From positions 1,550,001 to 1,614,000 of the forward strand of contig CP060755.1 in the NCBI GenBank assembly GCA_023205875.1: a stretch of 64,000 bases of DNA, given 5' to 3'. Below the pieces are notes generated by a model. The model did not search any database, was not told the origin of the DNA, and saw only the letters and a program-made list of their open reading frames with translations. Source of the DNA: Chloropicon primus (taxonomy: Eukaryota). The translations under genes were made by a program, and so were the position numbers. Shown one piece after another: positions 30,257 to 40,636 of the stretch. Every line of letters begins with the position of its first letter. The first letter of the stretch is position 1.

Positions 30257-31843
30257 ATGGGAGGATGCTTGAGCTTCGTCGCTCGCAAGAGGAGCGCGTC
30301 TCCTCGGTCGACCGTGTCGGGCGACAGCCCCAGGGACGAGTCCTCGGTCGCCCACTTGAAGGGGACCTCGGTCTTCGGCACGAGCAGCGGCAGGGGCATG
30401 GAGTTCGGGTACGAGACGGGGTTCCGCGAGTCGTACAAGGTGGGGAAGGAGCTCGGTCGAGGGCAGTTCGGCATCACGTACCGTTGCGAGCAAAAGTCGA
30501 CGGGGGGGCACTACGCGGTGAAGACGATAAAGAAGAGGAGCCTCCTGAGCACGGACTCTGTTGACGACACGAAGAGGGAGGTCGCCATCCTGAAGCGCCT
30601 GAACGGGCACGAGAACATCGTCAGCCTGCACGGCGTGTACGAGGACGGCGACCACATCCACATTGTGATGGAGGAGTGCAAGGGCGGGGAGCTCTTCGAC
30701 AAGATTATCGCGAAGGGTCATTACGCGGAGAAGGACGCCGCGGACCTGGTCAAGCAGATGCTCCAAGTCGTCGCGGAGTGCCACTTGAACGGCGTGATTC
30801 ACAGGGACCTGAAGCCGGAGAACTTCCTGTTCACCGATGCGAAGGACTCGTCGAAGATCAAGGCCATTGACTTTGGCCTCTCCGACTTCTTCCGGCCCGG
30901 GACCAAGTTCACGGACGTCGTGGGGTCCGCGTACTACGTCGCCCCGGAGGTCCTGAAGAGGAAGTACGGCCCCCTGGCGGACGTGTGGAGCATAGGAGTG
31001 ATCATGTACATTCTCCTGAGTGGCCAGCCCCCGTTCTGGGGCCCCACGGAGAACGGGATATTCAACGAGATTCTCAGGCATAAGCTGGACTTGGGCAAGA
31101 AGCCTTGGCCGCAAATCTCCGCGAGCGCGAAAGACATCATGCTGAAGATGCTGACTTTCGATCCCAGGGCGAGGATCACCGCCGCCCAGGCCCTTTCCCA
31201 CCCCTGGGTGAGGGGAGACAAGGCCTCCGACGTCCCCCTGGACGTGTCGGTGATCAACAGCATGAAGGAGTTCTCGACGTATAGCAGAATTAAGAAGATC
31301 GCGATCAGGAAGCTCGCCCAGACCTTCTCGGAGGACGAGGTCAGGGACCTCAAGGACCAGTTTAGGCAAATAGATAAAGACCAGAGCGGCACAATCACCC
31401 ACCAGGAGCTCATAGAGTCCGTCCGGCACATGAAAACGAACTCGGATGGAGTGCAAGTCATTCCAGACAAGGACGTCCAAAACATACTGCAGGGCATCGA
31501 CAGTGATGGCAACGGGGAGATAGATATTTCTGAGTTCGTGGTTGCTGGGCTGCAGCTTAACCAGCTTCAAAGGAGGGACAAGCGGGCGTGGAACGAGAGG
31601 ACGAGGCAAGCGTTTGACAAGCTGGACAAGAACAAGGACGGCTTCATTGACGTGAACGAGCTGAAGGACGAACTCCAGGGCGACCCCCTCAAAGACTCGC
31701 AAAGCAGTGCTGACAGTGCCTCGGACCTGCACCTGGAAGACGTGGAAGAGATCCTCAGAGAAGCCGACAAGGACGGCAACGGGATGATCGATTACCAGGA
31801 GTTCTGCCAGCTGCTCAGGACGCGGTCGCACAGGAGGCACTGA
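30257..31843 (+). CDS. CDPK: Calcium-dependent protein kinase (resembles group IV, CPK16/28-like)
   Basis: MGGC acylation start, GRGQFG, HRDLKPEN, DFG, APE, junction domain, four EF-hands. Confidence 0.96.
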   Translation: MGGCLSFVARKRSASPRSTVSGDSPRDESSVAHLKGTSVFGTSSGRGMEFGYETGFRESYKVGKELGRGQFGITYRCEQKSTGGHYAVKTIKKRSLLSTDSVDDTKREVAILKRLNGHENIVSLHGVYEDGDHIHIVMEECKGGELFDKIIAKGHYAEKDAADLVKQMLQVVAECHLNGVIHRDLKPENFLFTDAKDSSKIKAIDFGLSDFFRPGTKFTDVVGSAYYVAPEVLKRKYGPLADVWSIGVIMYILLSGQPPFWGPTENGIFNEILRHKLDLGKKPWPQISASAKDIMLKMLTFDPRARITAAQALSHPWVRGDKASDVPLDVSVINSMKEFSTYSRIKKIAIRKLAQTFSEDEVRDLKDQFRQIDKDQSGTITHQELIESVRHMKTNSDGVQVIPDKDVQNILQGIDSDGNGEIDISEFVVAGLQLNQLQRRDKRAWNERTRQAFDKLDKNKDGFIDVNELKDELQGDPLKDSQSSADSASDLHLEDVEEILREADKDGNGMIDYQEFCQLLRTRSHRRH

Positions 31844-31926
31844 CACTGACGTCCTTAAGTAATGTCCCAAGATCTATCGATGCGGTTTACCTTTATTTCT
31901 ACAAGTTCAAAACACGGCAAGGCGCC

Positions 31927-31992
31927 TTAGAATTTCTTAAAGAAGAGAGACGGGAGGTCCATCTTCAGCTCCTTGTTCTTGAATTGGAAGAC

Positions 31993-32031
<39 letters not shown>

Positions 32032-32748
32032 GCGCGCGCGCCAAGATCAGGGAGTTAGTGAATCCCGGCACACACACACAAACGGCAGCAAACTCTCAAA
32101 ACTTACCCATTTTCTTTGGCACTCGCAAGCACACGAGTGGCAAGCCCTTCTTCTTCGCATTCTCCTCTTTTCCCAAGCAATACGTCTTGTACTCGGGAAC
32201 CGCTGGAACCACGACGACCTTCTTCTTCTGCCCCTGGCTGGCTTTGTCGAGAATGATCTTCGTCGCTATTCCCAGGATAGCCGTGGCAAAGAGGAGCTTC
32301 TTCTTGTCGACCTCCTTCTTCTCCAACGGAGCGATGGTGGCGGTCTCCTCGACTGTGGCCACCTCCTCCACTACTGGGGCGGGCTCCACCACCTTGACCG
32401 GGCTCGCGGCAACGGCTTGATCGAGAGTCATTTTCGAATCCAAAGACTTGACCTCGACGGTTTTATCCAAAGTCTCCTTTGCCTCTTGCCCTTTCTTGGT
32501 CGTGCTCGAGCCCTTCAAGAACTTCACGATTGATTTCTGCAGAGCGAAGGGAAAGGCGAGGAGAGGGGGGAAAAGAAGTTCAGTTCAGTCAGTCAGTCGT
32601 AGCCCCCCCACGCCAAGCCAAGTTGTGCAAAGTCGCAAGACTGCAGCGTGTCGCCCTCGCCTGGCGCAGTGCGTCCGACATTTGGAGCAAGTCTTACCTT
32701 CACTGACTGCCTTCTTCCCAACTTGGGCGCCTCTTCGACAACGGCCAT
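31927..32748 (-). CDS. Orphan Lys/Val-rich protein, 181 aa; exons 32748-32698, 32536-32107, 31991-31927
   Basis: GCCATGG start, GTAAGA and GTAAGT donors, CTGCAG and (TC)n-CAG acceptors, all in phase; ends ...KMDLPSLFFKKF*. Confidence 0.7.
31995..32029. repeat. (GA)n microsatellite acting as the polypyrimidine tract of a minus-strand intron
   Basis: GA run directly adjacent to the minus-strand acceptor at 31992-31993. Confidence 0.9.
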
Positions 32749-33083
32749 GGTTCGCTGTCCTCTTTCGTGTCCTGTCCTTCGTTTCTTCTCCGCTCCAGGA
32801 GAGCGTTGGATCCATCCAAAGATGATCTCTTCTCGTGGTTTACGCGGGAATGAGGGAGCATGGAGGGAGCCCCACGAGAGGCAGGGCAGGGCAGGGGGTC
32901 TCTCTCCTCCAATCATTTTCTTTCCTTTCCTTTCCTTTCCTTTTCCCCTTCCCTTCCCAAAGAAGGAGAATGGAAAGAAAGGCCAAGAAATGAGAATGAC
33001 AAACTGCATGGAGACGGACGACGGGGAAGAGGAGGAGAAGAGAGGCTGGACTGGCAATCGCAGGTTTAGGGAAAGGGGGATGG

Positions 33084-35807
33084 ATGGAGGCTCCTCGAAA
33101 GATATCGTTGAAGACGGAGAGGGGGGAGGAGGAGGAGGGAAAGGCGGAGGACATGACGAGGAGCCAAAGCTACTTGGACTTCTTGGCGAGCCTGACGGGG
33201 GCTTCCATCTCGAGGGACAGCATAGAGATTCGTGATCAGCCCTCCACGCCCAAGGGGCAGCATCGGAGCCTCGGTTCGGCCCCAAGCATACACCTACCGC
33301 ACATGCAGTACGTGAATCACTTCGCTGTGGACATCGGCGGGTCCCTGGTGAAGTTGGTGTACTTCAGCCACAGCGACGAGAAGGACAGGGAGAAGGGCGA
33401 GAAGGCGGGGTCGCCCAGGCAGAATGAAAGGCACGGGGGGAGGCTCCACTTCGTCAAGTTCGAGTCCTCGCGCTTGCCGAAGCTCTTCGACTTCATCGAG
33501 AGCAAGCGCATGCACATATTGGAGGGCGGGGACTCGGATCCTTCCTTCCCCCTGAAACCAATCGTCAAGGCGACGGGGGGCGGGGCGTACAAGCACGTGG
33601 AGGACTTCTCGAGCAGGCTGGGTCTGGAGCTGGAGAAGGTGGATGAGATGGAGAGTCTGGTAACGGGTACCAACTTTTTGCTGAGCGTGATCCAGGACGA
33701 GGGGTTCACTTTCTGGAAGGGGAAGAAGGACTACATCTCCATCCAGAATGACAAGTCCGACCTCTTCCCGTACTTGCTGGTGAACATAGGCTCGGGCGTC
33801 AGTTACCTCAAGGTGGACGGCCACAACGAGTACGAGAGGGTGAGCGGGACCAGTCTGGGTGGCGGAACTTTCTGGGGACTCGGGAGGCTTCTCACGGGTT
33901 GCACCACCTTTGACGAGCTGCTGGAGCTCAGCACGCAAGGAGATAATAGCTCTGTTGACATGCTCGTGGGGGACATTTACGGGGGGCTGGACTACGAGAA
34001 GATAGGGCTCGAGGCGACCACAATAGCCTCAAGCTTTGGGAAGATCTTGATGAACGAGGAGAAGTCCTTGAAGGACTACAACCCAGCGGACATCGGGTTG
34101 GCGCTGTGCAGAATGATTTCCTACAACATCGCTCAGATCGCTTACCTGAACGCGAAGAAGTACAACCTGAAGAGGGTCTTCTTTGGTGGCTTTTTCATAC
34201 GAGGGCACCCGTTCACCATGCAGACTCTGTCTTACGCGATCAATTTCTGGTCCAAGGGCGAGATGCGGGCCTTGTTCCTGAGGCACGAGGGGTTCCTTGG
34301 GGCCCTTGGGGCGTTCCTCATGTACGAGGAGGGCGTGTCCTCGACCACAATCAGGACACTGATGGAGAGGAGGGACTCGAGAGCGAATTTTGTGGAGAGG
34401 TTTTCCATTGGCAAGCACTATTCGCCGCCGCCGTCGGATGCCACGACGAAGGTCCGTCAGGATGAGACGGCTGAAACAGAGAAGAGCTGGGTGGAGAAAT
34501 TCATGCAAGTCGGGAAGTTGTCTGCTGGCCTGGCTGGGAAGGAGATAACCTCCAAGCCGCTGAGCGCTGGGGGAGTCTCCGAGTACGACCTCTGGGGTGC
34601 GGAGACGAACGCCTTGAGCAGTGGACTGGAAGTTGGCGTGCTCCACGTCGACCCAAGCATGTATCACTTTCCCCTCCTGGAAGACCACGCTTCTTATGAG
34701 CCAAGCGTGATTGACATTAGCATGGACAAGGAGCAGAGGTCCTACTGGATCGGAGTCCTGAAGAAGCAAATTCCAGCAACTTCAGAGAAAGCTTTTGCCT
34801 CGCTCGGGGGGACGGAAGAGGCAAAGCAGAAATGCGAAGCCTTCAAATGGATGTTTGGGTCCCACCTTGAAAAGCTCAAGCAGGAGCCCCAGGTGTACGG
34901 AAAGTTCGGGCTTTCTGAGATTCTAGAAATGAGGGAAGAGTGCCTGCGGGAGTGCGGGTTCAAGGATGCTTATCTCATGCACAAGCAATCAGAGAACGAG
35001 GCCGCCCTGAAAGTGTTGCCCGATCTCCTCGCAGAGTTGGATTCGATGGATGAATCGTCCAGGCTCCTTTCGCTGATCGAGGGCGTGCTGGCCGGAAACA
35101 TCTTCGATTGGGGAAGCCAGGCCTGCGTGGAGCTGTATAAGAACGGCACGATTCTTGACATATACAAGCAAGCGCGCTGCGACTTGAAATCGAGACCTTG
35201 GAAAGTTGACAGCTTTGATGCCTTCAGAGAGAAGATGCTGCAGCACACGATCAGCAACCAAAGGTATCGGAGAGCAATCATTTTTGTAGACAATAGCGGA
35301 GCTGACATTGTTTTGGGTATGCTGCCCCTGGCCAGGGAGCTCTTGCAGAGAGGAACCGAAGTTGTCATTGCGGCCAACTCGCTGCCGGCCCTGAACGACA
35401 TCACGGCAACTGAGCTGAGGTCTCTTGCCAGCAGCGCTGGAAGGATGTGCCAGACCATCCGAGGCGGCCTTGAGACGGCAAAGTCTCTGTACAACAAATA
35501 CTGCATGCTTCCTGAGGTGCAGCCCATTACCCCGACCTCGCCAGCGTATGCTCCCCTGTACATCATTGAGAACGGCCAGGCTGGCCCGTGCTTGAACTTG
35601 AGAAGAGTGGGGCATGACCTCGCGATGGCGGCAAAGGGTGCTGACCTGATTGTTCTCGAGGGAATGGGCCGGGCCATTCACAGCAATTACACCACCAAGT
35701 TCAAGTGTGACACGCTCAAACTTGCCATGGTGAAGAACAGAGTTCTGGCAGAGACCCTCTTCAGCGGGGAGATCTACGACTGCGTGATGAAGTTTGAGCA
35801 AGTGTAG
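33084..35807 (+). CDS. PANK2: Pantothenate kinase fused to a DUF89/ARMT1 phosphatase (plant PANK2-type)
   Basis: DIGGSLVK, ATGGGAYK, LLVNIGSGVS, HEGFLGALGA, then AGNIFDWG, FVDNSGADIVLG, LEGMGRAIHSN. Confidence 0.96.
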   Translation: MEAPRKISLKTERGEEEEGKAEDMTRSQSYLDFLASLTGASISRDSIEIRDQPSTPKGQHRSLGSAPSIHLPHMQYVNHFAVDIGGSLVKLVYFSHSDEKDREKGEKAGSPRQNERHGGRLHFVKFESSRLPKLFDFIESKRMHILEGGDSDPSFPLKPIVKATGGGAYKHVEDFSSRLGLELEKVDEMESLVTGTNFLLSVIQDEGFTFWKGKKDYISIQNDKSDLFPYLLVNIGSGVSYLKVDGHNEYERVSGTSLGGGTFWGLGRLLTGCTTFDELLELSTQGDNSSVDMLVGDIYGGLDYEKIGLEATTIASSFGKILMNEEKSLKDYNPADIGLALCRMISYNIAQIAYLNAKKYNLKRVFFGGFFIRGHPFTMQTLSYAINFWSKGEMRALFLRHEGFLGALGAFLMYEEGVSSTTIRTLMERRDSRANFVERFSIGKHYSPPPSDATTKVRQDETAETEKSWVEKFMQVGKLSAGLAGKEITSKPLSAGGVSEYDLWGAETNALSSGLEVGVLHVDPSMYHFPLLEDHASYEPSVIDISMDKEQRSYWIGVLKKQIPATSEKAFASLGGTEEAKQKCEAFKWMFGSHLEKLKQEPQVYGKFGLSEILEMREECLRECGFKDAYLMHKQSENEAALKVLPDLLAELDSMDESSRLLSLIEGVLAGNIFDWGSQACVELYKNGTILDIYKQARCDLKSRPWKVDSFDAFREKMLQHTISNQRYRRAIIFVDNSGADIVLGMLPLARELLQRGTEVVIAANSLPALNDITATELRSLASSAGRMCQTIRGGLETAKSLYNKYCMLPEVQPITPTSPAYAPLYIIENGQAGPCLNLRRVGHDLAMAAKGADLIVLEGMGRAIHSNYTTKFKCDTLKLAMVKNRVLAETLFSGEIYDCVMKFEQV

Positions 35808-35862
35808 AATTACAGGACGCCTTCCATGCTTCTGCTTCGCGAAGGGAGCAAAAAGTAATAAA

Positions 35863-36627
35863 TTACAGTCGCACCCTCCCCTTGAACTTTTTTACCATAC
35901 CCGCGGCTGCACAGTTATTCCTCCTCTTGCTTTTGGGCACTATCACGGGAACCCTGTAATTCGGATCCCTCAGGGCCTTGTACACACCCTCCGCGAAGGG
36001 GATCGTGTCGTCATCGTCACTCCACTCCCGTCCCGAATGGAGCCCACGGCTTGGTGCAGCTTGGCACAATCTGTCGCCCCCCCCCTGCTGCTCCCTTGAC
36101 GTGCCTGGCACGTCACTTCCGACCACTGTCGTGTTCCTTGCCTTCTCGGCCGCTTGCCTCTCTCTCTCCGTCTCTGGCTCCGCCCTCGCTTCGGGGGTCT
36201 GGCAAAGGCCCTCCTGGAAACGCTCCTCAAGCCGCCTCTTCTTGAATTTTAAGTATTCGCCGATCTCCTTCCTGAACTTCTTCCGGGACTTGATATCTAA
36301 GCTGCCGTCGAGCAGGCCTGGCTCGATCCTCGCCCCTGGCTGAAGCCCAAGAGCCACCCTCAAGATCTGGCTCACCGCTGCCTCGTCCTCCTGCCCTTCG
36401 GCTCGTTTCGTGCTGCAATACAAGAGCGGCAGGAACCTTTGCAGGCCCTCGTCCCTCTCGTCGTAACAACCTCGCCACAACAAGCAACCTTCCGTTAGCT
36501 CGTCGTTGCGACACGCGATGCCGTGAGAACCCACGACCATCGCCAGTCTAGACAAGGCATCCTTCGAGACGAACGTCGTGTCCAGCGCTGACAGCTGCAA
36601 CGCAAGGTTCGCTTCTCCTTCATTCAT
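35863..36627 (-). CDS. Hypothetical protein (254 aa)
   Basis: ATG-initiated ORF filling the gap, convergent with PanK; minus-strand TGTAA just after the stop. No family recognised. Confidence 0.6.
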   Translation of the reverse strand: MNEGEANLALQLSALDTTFVSKDALSRLAMVVGSHGIACRNDELTEGCLLWRGCYDERDEGLQRFLPLLYCSTKRAEGQEDEAAVSQILRVALGLQPGARIEPGLLDGSLDIKSRKKFRKEIGEYLKFKKRRLEERFQEGLCQTPEARAEPETERERQAAEKARNTTVVGSDVPGTSREQQGGGDRLCQAAPSRGLHSGREWSDDDDTIPFAEGVYKALRDPNYRVPVIVPKSKRRNNCAAAGMVKKFKGRVRL

Positions 36628-37058
36628 CCTCGACTCTCCTTCCTCCGAGGACGGACCGGACGTTTGCTCTCGACTCCCTCCTGCGCCCCTGGCTCAGCCT
36701 CCTCTCTGAGCGCGGGAAATTCGTTTTGTTGTTCTCATCCAAAAGGTGATGGTGGCGCGCGAGGAGGCGAGAGAGTGCGAGAACGACGAGGGGACGAGCA
36801 CCAGGGCTGGGAGCAAGGGCAAGCACAGGATCTGGGATCCAATCCTACCGTTCTCCACGAAAGGATTCGGGTTAGGCTTGGGCGCGAGCCAAGGGACCCT
36901 TTGCCATCTCGAATTCACTCCTGGGAGCTCCAGCTCCGCCTCTGCAGGACAACGAGAGTGAGTACTGGAGGGCGAAGACTGCGGTGCGAGGGGGCCGTCG
37001 TGCTGACATTCTCTCTCTTGTTTTTTCTTGGTTTCCGCGTTCGACGGGGAGGGAGGCG

Positions 37059-38140
37059 ATGGACGTGGCACGGTCGGCGACGAGAGGTGGTTCCGTTCTG
37101 CGCAAGTTCGGTCGGCTCTTGCCTTGGGGGAGCCAGAGGGGGGGGTCTAGGCACGCTTCTTCTGGAAGGAGGGAGACCCTGGAAACGAGTGGTGGTGCAC
37201 GGACGGGGTTGCAGAAACTCGTTGCCTCCACCCCCAGCTTTCGCACGCGCGTCCGTCCAGAGGACGAGTTCCAGTACAGCGGCGACTCGAACGTGAAGTG
37301 AGTCTAAGAGACGACAGCTCCGATGGTCGAGACTTGCTTGGAAGAATTCTAACTTCGATTTTCCTCCCCTCTTTCCCTTCCATTTCATTCTCGGCACTTG
37401 TTCTCAGGTTTGGTTTCCCCTACAGCAACGCGTACTGGGAAGAGGAGTTTGGCTGCTCGGCGGAAAAGGTTGTCGAACTGTTGGAGCCGTTCATGATCGA
37501 GGAGCGAGCCTCCAAGTTCTCGAAAATCATCGAGAACCGCATCTTCGACATTGTCCCGGTGGTGGAGGGGCTGTTCGACCTGGGGAACGTGGCGGCAGTG
37601 TGCAGGACGGTGGAAGGCCTTGGGATAGGCTCCCTCCACGTCATCACGGGCGACGGGACGTACAAGCAGTCCGCAAGGACCACGCAGGGATCTCACAAGT
37701 GGCTCCGAACTCAGTACTGGGAGAGCACCACGGAGTGCCTCACGGCGGCCAAGGAGAACGGGTACAGCATTGTGGTCACGGACTTGGAGGCCGCGGTGAG
37801 CTTGGACGAAATCGATTGGACTCAGAAGACCCTTCTGCTCTTTGGCAATGAGCTCGCGGGCGTATCAGAGGAAGCAAAGAAGCTTGCTGACAAGCGGGTG
37901 ATCATACCAATGCACGGCTTCGTGGAGTCCTTCAACATATCTGTCGCGGCGGCGATGGCGCTGAAACACGCCTGCGACGCCAGGGAAGGGGCGACGGGGA
38001 AGAGGGGTGACCTCACGCCAGAGCAACAGAAGGTGCTTCGGTCCGTCTACTACGCCAAGCACGTCGGGTCGAGATCGAACGATATTCTTCACGATCTCCT
38101 CGGGAGGGAAAGAAAAGCTCTGAGGGGGAAGACCGCCTAA
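37059..38140 (+). CDS. SpoU/TrmH-family RNA 2'-O-methyltransferase; exons 37059-37297 and 37408-38140
   Basis: DLGNVAAVCRT, LLFGNELAGVS, IPMHGFVESFNISVAA; transit-peptide-like exon 1; GTGAGT..CAG intron in phase. Confidence 0.9.
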
Positions 38141-38961
38141 TCTCGCGTCGCGTCGTTGTTAAACATTTATTTCTTCTTCTTCTTCTTCCCAGCGACACCG
38201 AGAATCACGGGTGAGAAGTCCGAGCAACAACCTTTTGTTCCGCGCCAACGCGGGGTTTTGGCGTTGGCGTGTCATGTGCGCCCGGTTGCGTGCAGCGCCC
38301 AAGGGACTGCGCTTCCAATCTGAGAGCCCTGATGAGGGAGAAGCGTTGGCCGTCCGTGAATTGTGAGAAGTCCTCCCAACCAACTGGGAGCGACCCGGCC
38401 GCCTTGATGGCTCCCTCCCTCATTGCTGAGTGCTTGTGGCAGCCGAACATCCTAAAGCCCCTTTTGGCGAAGGGCTTGAAGGTTTTCTTGCACACGGGAA
38501 AGGGAATCATGGCTTGCCCGCCAGAGCTCCACAGCGCAACGGCTCGTCTCACGGCCTCACCCTGGGCACCGAAGAGACAGCTATCGCCGTAGTTCGGCAC
38601 GGATCCCGGCAGGGGGAACCCGCAGATGAACCCGGCGGGGCAGCGCGGAGTCTTCGACGCGGCCACGTGAGGTCAATCCGAGGGCAGAATTCCCGTGTCC
38701 AAGCCCCTGCTGGCGCTCCGCTGCTGTCTCTTCCTCTTCCTCCTCCCCCCGTTGTTTTTTCTCCTTCCCGTCCTCGACCACTTGGGCAGCTTAGACGTCT
38801 CAAGCTGGGGGGCCTCCATCACCCTCTCCCACTCCCCATCGTCCACCAGCCTCTTTGGTTTCTTCCTCTCTCTCGCCTCCATCGCGCACAGCCGTTATCC
38901 AAAGGCCAAAGCCAAAGCTCGAGCCGAGAGAAGGACGGAGAAGAAGGAAGGGACGGACGCG

Positions 38962-39612
38962 ATGGTGCAAGTTCTGGTGAGAACGTTGGAGGGGAAGACG
39001 TTGGCGGTGGGGGTGGAGGGGAGTGGGGGGGACGTGGTGGAGAGGGTGAAGGAGTGCTTGGAGAGGAGAACAGGTGTGCCTCGAGGCTGCGTGCGCCTCG
39101 CGGCGCTGTCCGGCCGCGCGCTCGACAAGGGGTTGGTCGAGGACGGGACGACGCTGAGCGTGGTGGGGCGCCTCCCGGGAGGCAAGGGCGGTTTCGGCGC
39201 GCTGCTGAGGAGCTCGAGGTCGGGCAGGGAGACGACCAACTTCGACGCGTGCCGGGACCTGCAGGGTCGGCGGGTCGGCGGGGTGGAGGCGGAGAGGAGG
39301 CTCGAGGAATGGAGGGGCCGGGAGGAGGAGCGCGAGCTGGAGAAGGTCGCGGAGAAGCACCTGCGCGAGGCGGCCAAGGCCGAGAGGAGGAAGGAGGAGG
39401 AGAAGGTGAACATCCAGGAGTTCAGGGAGGAGCTCGAGGAGGTTGGCGAGAAGGTCGCGGACGCGGTGAGGGACGGCCTCAAGCAGGCGAGCGTGCTCGC
39501 GGGGTCGAAGAGGAAGGAAGCCATCCGCGCCCTCGCCGCCGGCGCCTCCACCTCCAAGAGGCCCAAGAGGGCCTTCGGCTTGGAGGACTTCTCGGACAGC
39601 GAGTCGGACTAG
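38962..39612 (+). CDS. SDE2: SDE2 ubiquitin-fold-activated splicing factor
   Basis: N-terminal ubiquitin-like domain (MVQVLVRTLEGKT), RLPGG-KGGFGALLR cleavage motif, TTNFDACRDLQGRR. Confidence 0.92.
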   Translation: MVQVLVRTLEGKTLAVGVEGSGGDVVERVKECLERRTGVPRGCVRLAALSGRALDKGLVEDGTTLSVVGRLPGGKGGFGALLRSSRSGRETTNFDACRDLQGRRVGGVEAERRLEEWRGREEERELEKVAEKHLREAAKAERRKEEEKVNIQEFREELEEVGEKVADAVRDGLKQASVLAGSKRKEAIRALAAGASTSKRPKRAFGLEDFSDSESD

Positions 39613-39762
39613 CGTGCCCGAGTGCGAGGACGACTTACTTTTTTTTTCTTCTTCTTGTCTTTCTTTGCAAAGAAAAGTACAATATAACGGTGTGTTCCTA
39701 TCTTCTATTCCAATCTATAGAGAGAGTTTCTTGGTTGTTATGTTATGATGTACGTCGCGCTT

Positions 39763-40569
39763 TCAAGCGTCCTCGGAGTAGCTCTTGTACACCGACTCGT
39801 CCTCCTCGACGCGGACGGGCACGGGGACCATGTACGAGGCCGTGGGCCAGGAGCCCTCCGACCCCACCAGCATGCGGCTCAAGTCCGCCAACCCGTGCCT
39901 CGTCAACCCGTTCCCTTTGTTCAGGTTGTCCACCTTGTGCTCGTAAATCAGGCCCTGCCTGTTGAGCTTGAACTCGGAGATGCCGTCCACGTACGTCGTC
40001 GACCCGCTGAACGCGCTCCCGATGATGCGGGGCAGGCCCCGGAAGGTCCACCTCACGGCGATGACGTCCTCGTGGGGCTGCCACACCCTGGTCACCTCGA
40101 ACTTGGCCCTGGAGAAGAAGAGCCAGGTGTGGAACCTTATCCCGAAGGCGGCCCTCTTGTAGTTCTCCCTGCCCGTCGTCGTCCTCGAGTTCCGCCCGAA
40201 GAACGGCGAGAGCTTGTCCACGAAGGTCACGTCTTCCGTGTAGATGTCGTACGACAGGTCGCTCTGCAGGACCGTGGGGAGCTCCTCCCTCAGCGTGTCG
40301 ATGGCCTTACCGGCGTTGACGTGGAAGAGGTTCTCCTGCAGGTCGCACCCGAAGCCGCTCGTGGTCGGGCCGTCCTCCGCGCCCCCCGTCTCGTTCACGT
40401 GCACCGCGTTCGAGTTCAGGGACACGTGCTCCCACGGCAGGCCCCCCCGCCCCCTCGCCTTGGGCGAGGACCTCTCCGAATCCCTCGATATCGCGGCCGC
40501 CGCGACCTTCCTCCTCGCCACCGAGCCCCCAAGGCGCGTCGCTTCCCTCACCCCGCGCGCCAGCACCAT
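39763..40569 (-). CDS. DUF2358 (NTF2/SnoaL-like) protein, probably plastid-targeted
   Basis: NAGKAIDTLREELP, YDIYTEDVTFVD, VRWTFRGLPR, DGISEFKLN..GLIYEHKVDN. Confidence 0.85.
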   Translation of the reverse strand: MVLARGVREATRLGGSVARRKVAAAAISRDSERSSPKARGRGGLPWEHVSLNSNAVHVNETGGAEDGPTTSGFGCDLQENLFHVNAGKAIDTLREELPTVLQSDLSYDIYTEDVTFVDKLSPFFGRNSRTTTGRENYKRAAFGIRFHTWLFFSRAKFEVTRVWQPHEDVIAVRWTFRGLPRIIGSAFSGSTTYVDGISEFKLNRQGLIYEHKVDNLNKGNGLTRHGLADLSRMLVGSEGSWPTASYMVPVPVRVEEDESVYKSYSEDA

Positions 40570-40636
40570 CTCGACCACCAAGGGCGAAGAAAAGAAACCA
40601 AACCGACGGACGTCGTTGACGTTCACGTTCACGTTT

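Noticed and set aside
28949..31870. 973-aa minus-strand ORF spanning DGAT2 and CDPK
   Set aside because: Antisense to two clear genes and crosses their intergenic region by chance.
33084..35807. PanK-DUF89 fusion as a novelty
   Set aside because: Well-known architecture (plant PANK2, animal PANK4).
36746..36961. 71-aa ORF upstream of the SpoU gene
   Set aside because: No motif; lies in the divergent promoter/5' UTR region and ends at a probable UTR intron donor.
38605..38630. CAGGGGGAACCCGCAG resembling SRP RNA helix 8
   Set aside because: Spacing does not fit CAGG-N3-GNRA-N3-AGCAG and no Alu domain was found.
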